In this document: one piece after another, positions 57,728 through 64,000 of the stretch
How positions within the stretch are numbered: the stretch's first letter is position 1
Layout: the number at the start of each line of letters is the position of its first letter
Assembly: GCA_036269235.1 (NCBI GenBank)
Contig: DATASL010000018.1
Coordinates: forward strand, 82,440 to 146,439
DNA from: Rhizomicrobium sp.
Lineage (GTDB): Bacteria; Pseudomonadota; Alphaproteobacteria; Micropepsales; Micropepsaceae
Length of the DNA stretch: 64,000 nt
Direction of reading: 5' to 3'
The notes under the pieces: generated by a model
What the model was told of the DNA's origin: nothing
What the model saw: the letters and a program-made list of their open reading frames with translations, nothing else
Databases searched by the model: none
Translations under genes and position numbers: made by a program

Positions 57728-58906
57728 TTATGCGGATTTCCTCGCCAGAATGCCCCGCGCAGCAAACACTGCCGTCGAAAAACATGCCTGGAGCAGATAG
57801 CCGCCGGTGGGGGCTTCCCAGTCGAGCATTTCGCCGATGGCCCAAATGTTAGGTAATGCTTTGAGCATCAGCATAGCGTCGAGCGCGCCGAAGGATATGC
57901 CGCCTGCGGTGGAGATGGCGCGGGCCAGCGACTGCTGGCCGACGAGCGTCACGGCGATGGATTTGAGACGGTCGGGTGGCGTGCCGGTCTCGCGCAGGAG
58001 ATTTGTTTCCAGCGGCGACAGGCCGAGGGCCTTGCGCAGGTAATTAGCGCGCGACGCTTTGCCTTGCGGGCGGGCGAGACGTCTCGTGATCTGGTGCTGC
58101 GAGAGGTCGGGGCGCAGGTCGATATCGAGCGTGACCGGCTGCGCGCCGGCGAGTGCTTCTCGCAAGGTCGATGACAAAGCGTAGATCGCGCCGCCTTCGA
58201 TGCCATAATTTGTGATCATCGCATCGCCGCGCGCCGTATGGCCGCCGAAGCGGAGCCTGACATTCTTCAGCGGCTGGCCGGCGAAGCGGGAACGGAAGAG
58301 TTCGCTCCAGCTCACGTCGAATCCCATATTGGCGGGACGGAGCCGCGCGATCTCCACACCCTTCTCCTGCAACAGATTAGTCCAGCCGCCATCGGCGCCG
58401 AGGCGCGGCCAGCTTGCGCCCCCAAGCGCGAGAATGGTGACGTCGGGCGTATCGGTGACCGCGCCCGCCGGTGTGTGGAAACAAAGCGCGCCATTCGCCC
58501 AGCCGCGCCAGTCATGCCGCAGGCGGAAGCGGACATTCTGGCGTTCGAGCCGTGCAAGCCAGGCGCGCAGCAGCGGTGAGGCTTTCATCGCCCTGGGGAA
58601 AATACGGCCGCTGGAGCCGGTGAAAGTGTCGGCGCCGAGCGTGTCGGCCCAGTCGATCAGGGCGCGCGGCCGGAAAGCTTCCAGCATCGGGCGCAGATGC
58701 CCGGCCGCGGCCCCGTAGCGGGCGAGGAACAGGTCGAGCGGTTCGGAATGGGTGAGGTTGAGGCCGCCGCGCCCGGCCATCAGGAATTTCCGGCCGGCCG
58801 ACGGCATGCGCTCATACAGGGTCACGGCCACGCCGCCCGCCCTCAACACTTCCGCTGCCATCAGGCCTGCCGGCCCCGCGCCGATCACTGCCGCCGTCGT
58901 CGTCAT
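57728..58906 (-). CDS. HI0933/BaiN-like flavoprotein (TIGR03862 type)
   Basis: GAGPAGLMAA, GRKFLMAGRGGLNLTHSE, GGASWPRLG, GEMLDWEAPTGGYLLQ. Confidence 0.9.
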   Translation of the reverse strand: MTTTAAVIGAGPAGLMAAEVLRAGGVAVTLYERMPSAGRKFLMAGRGGLNLTHSEPLDLFLARYGAAAGHLRPMLEAFRPRALIDWADTLGADTFTGSSGRIFPRAMKASPLLRAWLARLERQNVRFRLRHDWRGWANGALCFHTPAGAVTDTPDVTILALGGASWPRLGADGGWTNLLQEKGVEIARLRPANMGFDVSWSELFRSRFAGQPLKNVRLRFGGHTARGDAMITNYGIEGGAIYALSSTLREALAGAQPVTLDIDLRPDLSQHQITRRLARPQGKASRANYLRKALGLSPLETNLLRETGTPPDRLKSIAVTLVGQQSLARAISTAGGISFGALDAMLMLKALPNIWAIGEMLDWEAPTGGYLLQACFSTAVFAARGILARKSA

Positions 58907-58959
58907 CGCCTATCTATGCTTCCTTCCCTTCGCCGCCGCCATCACCTAAGCCACCGGCC

Positions 58960-60570
58960 ATGTTGCGGGTGTCCGAAATCAGATTGCCGCTGGATCACGG
59001 GCCGGAGGCGCTGAAAAGCGCGCTGCTCAGGAAGCTGCGCGTGTCGGTGAACGAACTGACGCGTTTTGCGGTGTTCAAGCGCGGCGTCGATGCGCGCAAG
59101 AAATCCGCGATCGTGTATTCCTACATCGTCGACGCCGAATTCGTTGACGAAACGGATGTGCTCAGGCGGGTGAAGAACGATCCGCATATCACGCGCACGA
59201 CGGATCTCGAATATCCCGGTGCGGTCCGCGCCCCGGCAGCGCCGTTCCTCCAGCCGGTGGTGATCGGCGCAGGGCCGTGCGGCCTGTTCGCCGCGCTGAT
59301 CCTGGCGCAGGCAGGATACCGGCCGATCATCCTCGAGCGCGGCAAAGCGGTGCGCCAGCGCACCAAAGATACCTGGGCGCTGTGGCGCAAATCCCTTCTC
59401 GATCCGGAATCGAATGTGCAGTTCGGCGAGGGCGGCGCGGGTACGTTCAGCGACGGCAAGCTCTACAGCCAGATCAAGGATTCGCGGCATCTGGGGCGCA
59501 AAGTGCTGGCAGAGTTCGTGAAGGCGGGAGCGCCGGAGGACATTCTCACCGAAGCCCATCCGCATATCGGCACCTTCCGGCTGGTGACGATGGTGGAGAG
59601 TTTGCGCAGGACGATCGAGGGATTGGGCGGCGAGTATCAGTTTGGGAGTCGCGTGGTTGCGCTCGATATTGATGCGGGCCGGCAAGTGCAGGGCGTAGTG
59701 CTGGCGAGCGGCGAGCATATCGCGACAAAACATGTTGTCCTCGCGCCTGGGCACTCGGCGCGCGATGTGTTCAAGATGTTATTTGATTGCGGCGTCGATA
59801 TCGAAGCCAAGCCATTCTCCATCGGCTTCCGCATCGAGCATCCGCAATCGATCATCGATCGCGCGCGTTATGGCAGGACGATCCCGGAGCTTGGCGCGGC
59901 GGAGTATCGGCTGGTGCATCACGCCGCCAATGGTCGCGCGGTCTATAGTTTCTGCATGTGCCCGGGCGGGACGGTGGTGGCGGCAACCTCCGAAGAGGGC
60001 CGCGTCGCGACGAACGGCATGAGCCAGTATTCGCGCAAAGAGCGCAACGCCAATGCCGGCATCGTGGTTGGCATCACGCCGGAGGATTATCCCGAACATG
60101 TGCTGGCCGGGGTCGATCTCCAGCGCAAATGGGAGTCGCGTGCCTTCGAAGTCGGCGGAAGTAATTACAAGGCGCCGGGGCAACTTGTGGGTGATTTCCT
60201 GGCCGGGCGGCCTTCGACTTCACTGGGCGCGGTGACGCCGTCCTATCGGCCCGGCGTGCAGTTGACCGACCTGTCGGATTGCCTGCCGGATTATGCGATC
60301 GCGGCGATTCGCGAGGCCATCCCCGCCTTCGCACGCCAGATCCCGGGCTTTGCGATGGAAGATGCGATCCTCACCGGCGTGGAGACGCGGACCTCGTCGC
60401 CGATCCGCATCAAACGCGGCGCCGGTTTCGAAAGCCCGAACACCACCGGCCTCTATCCCGCGGGCGAAGGCGCGGGCTTTGCCGGCGGCATCCTCTCGGC
60501 AGCCGTCGACGGCATCAAGGTCGCGGAAGCGGTGGCGCGTTCGATTGCAAATCAGCTGTCCGGCCGCTAA
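58960..60570 (+). CDS. FAD-dependent oxidoreductase (COG2509-like)
   Basis: IGAGPCGLFAA, FGEGGAGTFSDGKL, PHIGT, FCMCPGG, ETRTSSP, GEGAGFAGGILSAA. Confidence 0.9.
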   Translation: MLRVSEIRLPLDHGPEALKSALLRKLRVSVNELTRFAVFKRGVDARKKSAIVYSYIVDAEFVDETDVLRRVKNDPHITRTTDLEYPGAVRAPAAPFLQPVVIGAGPCGLFAALILAQAGYRPIILERGKAVRQRTKDTWALWRKSLLDPESNVQFGEGGAGTFSDGKLYSQIKDSRHLGRKVLAEFVKAGAPEDILTEAHPHIGTFRLVTMVESLRRTIEGLGGEYQFGSRVVALDIDAGRQVQGVVLASGEHIATKHVVLAPGHSARDVFKMLFDCGVDIEAKPFSIGFRIEHPQSIIDRARYGRTIPELGAAEYRLVHHAANGRAVYSFCMCPGGTVVAATSEEGRVATNGMSQYSRKERNANAGIVVGITPEDYPEHVLAGVDLQRKWESRAFEVGGSNYKAPGQLVGDFLAGRPSTSLGAVTPSYRPGVQLTDLSDCLPDYAIAAIREAIPAFARQIPGFAMEDAILTGVETRTSSPIRIKRGAGFESPNTTGLYPAGEGAGFAGGILSAAVDGIKVAEAVARSIANQLSGR

Positions 60571-60579
60571 GCGCGCAGC

Positions 60580-60762
60580 CTACTCTGCAGCCGGCAGAAG
60601 CATTCCGCGCTCCTGCTCCAGGGCGTCCGCCATATGATCGTAGTCTTCGGCAAGAATATTCAGCTTGCCGATCGTTTCTACGTGCTGCCAGCCCGCCGCC
60701 ACGACCCGCAATTCCTCGGCGTAGTGGCGGTATCGCATGGCCCGTTCCCGGTGAGATTCCAT
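60580..60762 (-). CDS. Small helical hypothetical protein (60 aa)
   Basis: SD GGAGGGGG; MESHRERAMRYRHYAEELR..A......L..LAEDYDHMA pattern. Confidence 0.6.
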   Translation of the reverse strand: MESHRERAMRYRHYAEELRVVAAGWQHVETIGKLNILAEDYDHMADALEQERGMLLPAAE

Positions 60763-61220
60763 ATCGCGCCCCCTCCGGTCGCCAATGTCGGGCTGCAGAG
60801 TTAACGCACGGGACGGAATTGGTTGCAATAAGGCGGCGCCTGCCCGGATGGCGATCAAACCCCATCGACCCCGCCGATGCGCGCAATAAATGACGGCGCG
60901 CACCGTCGCCGGGCACAAATGGCGAGCTAACATATTACACTTCTGTTTTCGGCCGCTGCGCGCGCAAACGGAGCTAATCAGTAATTACGACGCGTCCGTT
61001 CCGGCACCGGCGGGAAAGTTCCCCGGCCAGGAGGACGCCGGCCCGGCGCCTGCAAATTCTGCGCAACGCTTGAGTTGGGGCTGTTTCGCACTATATCTCA
61101 CCGGGAGGCGTTGCTGCGAACCGCCGATCCATGGCGGGCGGCCCCGCGGGAAACACCAGCCCCAGCGGCTTGCATCAGCCTGTCGCATCGCGCGCGCAAC
61201 ACCTGAAGGAGACCGACGCC

Positions 61221-61601
61221 TTGGAAATTACCATCTATCACAATCCGAATTGCGGCACCTCGCGCAACGCCCTCTTTGCCATCCGCGCAGCGGGCTACGA
61301 GCCGCGAATTCTCCCGTATATGCAAACGCCCCTGTCACGCGAGGCCATCGCCACACTCGCCAGCCAGATGAAAGTCCCGGTGCGGAGCATCGTGCGGAAG
61401 AAGGAACCGCTGTTCGCGGAACTCGGCCTCAACGGCAAGGATGTCAGCGAGGAAGAGTTGCTCGACATACTGGCCACGCACCCGATCCTGCTCAACCGTC
61501 CGATCGTCGTGGTTCAAAACGGCGAGAAAACAACCGCCCGTCTGTGCCGTCCGAGCGAGACCGTCAAGGAGCTGATCGCGGCGGAGCGTGCGCGGCCGTG
61601 A
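61221..61601 (+). CDS. arsC: Arsenate reductase, glutaredoxin-type (ArsC family)
   Basis: ITIYHNPNCGTSRNAL, HPILLNRPIVV, RLCRPSE; TTG start after SD GAAGGAG. Confidence 0.88.
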   Translation: MEITIYHNPNCGTSRNALFAIRAAGYEPRILPYMQTPLSREAIATLASQMKVPVRSIVRKKEPLFAELGLNGKDVSEEELLDILATHPILLNRPIVVVQNGEKTTARLCRPSETVKELIAAERARP

Positions 61602-61792
61602 CGTCGGGGGACGCCTTTCGACTGAGCCGGATCGAGGCCGAGGGCTGGAACGCGGCGCGGCGCGTGCCGCTCGCGGCGCTCTTGCAGCTCGACAGCGAGA
61701 AGATCACGGCGCTCAACCCGTATACCAGCGATCCCGAACAGGCGCGCTGGAACACCGGATTCGCAAACGCCCTCACGCATTGGCACCGGTAA
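61598..61792 (+). CDS. Small hypothetical protein (64 aa), RMF-like pattern
   Basis: GTGA overlap with arsC; EGWNAA...NPY.....RWNTGF..A. Confidence 0.6.
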   Translation: MTSGDAFRLSRIEAEGWNAARRVPLAALLQLDSEKITALNPYTSDPEQARWNTGFANALTHWHR

Positions 61793-62003
61793 GACGGCGA
61801 ATACAGGCAATCGCCTGTCGCCGAAGGCCCGACGTGCGGCGGCATCGGGATAGATAACGGTGCATCGCCGATCGCTCCCGTACCGTCGAACATTTCCCAA
61901 CCCCGTTCGTCGAGTCGCGCCGACCGGCCCTGTCAAACAGCGCCCGAACTCTGCCGCGCGGCTCGCTTGCAAATGAGCCGCAATCACGGGCACATAGGGG
62001 GCC

Positions 62004-62381
62004 GTGGGATATTGCACGCGCCTCGCAGCCACCTATGTCGCGCTTCTCGCGATACTTCTGCATGGCCTGATCCCGGCGGGCTGGATGCCGTCGGGGGGCG
62101 GCGCGCCGATCACGATCTGCGCGATGGACGGAGCGGTTCACCTTGCGGCCGCCCGCTCGAACATTGGGCACAAGCAGTCACCCGGCGATCAGCATCGCCA
62201 GGAAGTTTGCCCCTTCGCTGCGGCCCCGCATTTCTCGACGCCCGTAATCGCCGCAACAATCCCGGCGCCCGCGCAATATGCGATAGCGGTCACCGGCGCC
62301 GCGCACCGCACCTTCCGCTTTGCAGCCCGGCCTTATTCTCTCCAGCCCCCTCGCGCACCGCCCCAAAGCGTAACGGCCTGA
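62004..62381 (+). CDS. DUF2946 family protein (CutF/CruR-like leader)
   Basis: Hydrophobic N-terminus LLHGLIPAGWM, ITICAMDG, CPFA, C-terminal PPRAPP. Confidence 0.8.
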   Translation: MGYCTRLAATYVALLAILLHGLIPAGWMPSGGGAPITICAMDGAVHLAAARSNIGHKQSPGDQHRQEVCPFAAAPHFSTPVIAATIPAPAQYAIAVTGAAHRTFRFAARPYSLQPPRAPPQSVTA

Positions 62382-62444
62382 TTTTTTTCGCGACTCCGCC
62401 TCTGCGGCGGACGTCCGGTCGTTCACGTGTTTTCGGGGACTCTC

Positions 62445-64000
62445 ATGTCCATCGTTCCAATCGCCGCCCGCAGCGCGCCATCGGCGGAACGCTGCGCAAT
62501 CGCTGCCGGCCTCTTATCGCTCTCCTGGGCGGCAGGGGTCATGCCGGCGTTTGCCCAATCCGACAGCCAGCCGGAAACCGTCGTCGTCACCGCGACGCGG
62601 ACAGCAACCGCGCTCGGCAACGCGCCGCAAAGCATCAGCGTCATTTCCAGCGAGCAGATCGCAGCCACGCCCGCGCAGGGGCTGGACGACATCCTGCGCG
62701 ATGTCCCCGGCATGGTGCTGACCAATATCGGCCCCGATGTCGGACACCCCACCGCCTACAATGAAGGCATGCGAGGCCTGCCGACCACGGAGACGCGCAT
62801 GCTCGTCATGGTCGACGGCATTCCCGTCAACGATCCGTTCTTCGGCTATATCCAATGGAATCTGGTGCCGCTGAACGATATCGAACGCGTCGAGGTCGTG
62901 CGGGGTGGCGGCTCGCCGCTCTGGGGCAACACGGCAATGGGTGGCGTGGTAAATGTGATCACGCGGACGCCGGCAGCGAACCAACTCGATATCGCGGCCG
63001 GGGGCGGAAATTATGGCAGCTATGACACCAGCATTTTCGGAACCTATGTTCCGAACGACTGGATGACCCTCCGACTCGACGGCGCCTTCCAGGGCACGGA
63101 CGGCTATCAGACGACGCCTGCGACCTGGACGAGTTTCGGTACGCTCAATCTGCGTTCGCCGGTTTACACGCCGACAAGCAACGCCGCGCGCAATGTCGGT
63201 CTGCGCGCCGATTTCATGCCGGGAGATGGCCTCACCGGCTTCGTGAATTTCCACTACGGCGCCGACGACCAGGTGCTGTCCACGCCCATCGGCGTCGATA
63301 CGCAGGAACTGCTGACCTTCGACGGCGGCTTCACCAAAACCTTCGACGACGAAACGAGTCTGACAGGAACCTATTTCCACAACGACAATCACTTCATCAC
63401 CAACAACCCGCACCTCCTGACCTTCACCACGGAATACAATTCGAACGTGCACGTCACCGCGGCGAGCGACAATGGCGCCTCACTGGTGCTGACGCATGAC
63501 ATGACGGACTGGGTGAAGTCCGTCGGCATCGGCGGCGATGTGCATCAGATTACCGGGCATGACGTTGCGAATTACTATGCGCCGGCCGGTGGTCTTGCGG
63601 CACCGACCATCATTGGCGGTGGCGATCAGCTCTTCGCCGCGGGATTTGCGCAGGCAAAAATCGTCCCCGTCGCGCCACTGCAAATCCTCGGCAGCATCCG
63701 CTACCAGTATTATCTCAGCAGCAACGGCATCGACACCTTCCCGCCCGGCTTTGCCAACATTCCGGACGAAAGCAAATACCGCTTCACGCCGCGGATCGAT
63801 GCGAAATACATGCTGGATGACGGCTTCGCGATTCGCGGCGCCTATTATCAGTCTTTCCGCGCGCCGACGCTGGATCAGCTCTATCGCACTTACGCGGACA
63901 CCGCCGCGGGCATCTATGAAGGCGACCCGCTTTTGTCGCCGGAATCGCTGGAGGGCGAAGAGATTGGTTTCGACTTCACGAACTCAACCATCCGCAGCCA
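62445..64000 (+). CDS. TonB-dependent receptor (partial, runs off right edge)
   Basis: Not in ORF track. Signal peptide, TonB box ETVVVTATR, plug LRDVPG..RG..LVMVDGIPVND, IERVEVVRGGGSPLWG..AMGGVVNVIT, FRAPTLDQLY. Confidence 0.93.
   Translation, partial: MSIVPIAARSAPSAERCAIAAGLLSLSWAAGVMPAFAQSDSQPETVVVTATRTATALGNAPQSISVISSEQIAATPAQGLDDILRDVPGMVLTNIGPDVGHPTAYNEGMRGLPTTETRMLVMVDGIPVNDPFFGYIQWNLVPLNDIERVEVVRGGGSPLWGNTAMGGVVNVITRTPAANQLDIAAGGGNYGSYDTSIFGTYVPNDWMTLRLDGAFQGTDGYQTTPATWTSFGTLNLRSPVYTPTSNAARNVGLRADFMPGDGLTGFVNFHYGADDQVLSTPIGVDTQELLTFDGGFTKTFDDETSLTGTYFHNDNHFITNNPHLLTFTTEYNSNVHVTAASDNGASLVLTHDMTDWVKSVGIGGDVHQITGHDVANYYAPAGGLAAPTIIGGGDQLFAAGFAQAKIVPVAPLQILGSIRYQYYLSSNGIDTFPPGFANIPDESKYRFTPRIDAKYMLDDGFAIRGAYYQSFRAPTLDQLYRTYADTAAGIYEGDPLLSPESLEGEEIGFDFTNSTIRS

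Noticed and set aside
60803-60826. GCAAC-N15-CGTT upstream of the 60-aa gene
   Set aside because: Mismatch plus wrong spacing for the EcfG consensus
61793-62444. Cobalamin or TPP riboswitch upstream of the TonB receptor
   Set aside because: No B12-box or TPP consensus seen; the region is explained by the DUF2946 gene
1-64000. CRISPR array, rRNA, intact transposase or prophage
   Set aside because: No regularly spaced repeats or hallmark genes seen by eye

Overview
GC-rich alphaproteobacterial chromosome segment (gene content resembles Caulobacterales/Micropepsales such as Rhizomicrobium; taxonomy is inferred). It carries about 60 CDSs, mostly housekeeping and accessory: peptidases (S10, M3/Dcp, DUF885, CocE/NonD), rlmJ, rsmD, tandem bactofilins, an ada-alkA/ogt operon, paaABCDE, leucine dehydrogenase, DsbD, ArsC and a TonB-dependent receptor at the right edge. 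It also has one tRNA-Ser(CGA), flanked by an orphan hicB and a collapsed serine-recombinase relic. The most striking item is a six-gene, translationally coupled operon at 36717-44462 (-): TPR/alpha-beta-hydrolase-fold protein, fatty acyl-AMP ligase, cytochrome P450, stand-alone ACP, NKWYS-type sulfotransferase-like protein and TPR-sulfotransferase. It looks like a PKS/NRPS-free assembly line for a hydroxylated and sulfated lipid, or a minimal olefin-synthase-like route. Other highlights: five GGAAC-N16/17-CGTT (EcfG/sigmaT-type) promoters, one driving an ORF-less, terminator-ended ~85-nt sRNA candidate (51612-51695); a 123-bp palindromic element inserted in frame in paaD; and a DUF2946 leader with a RAPP motif upstream of the TonB receptor. 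All calls are from motif recognition by eye; no database searches were run.
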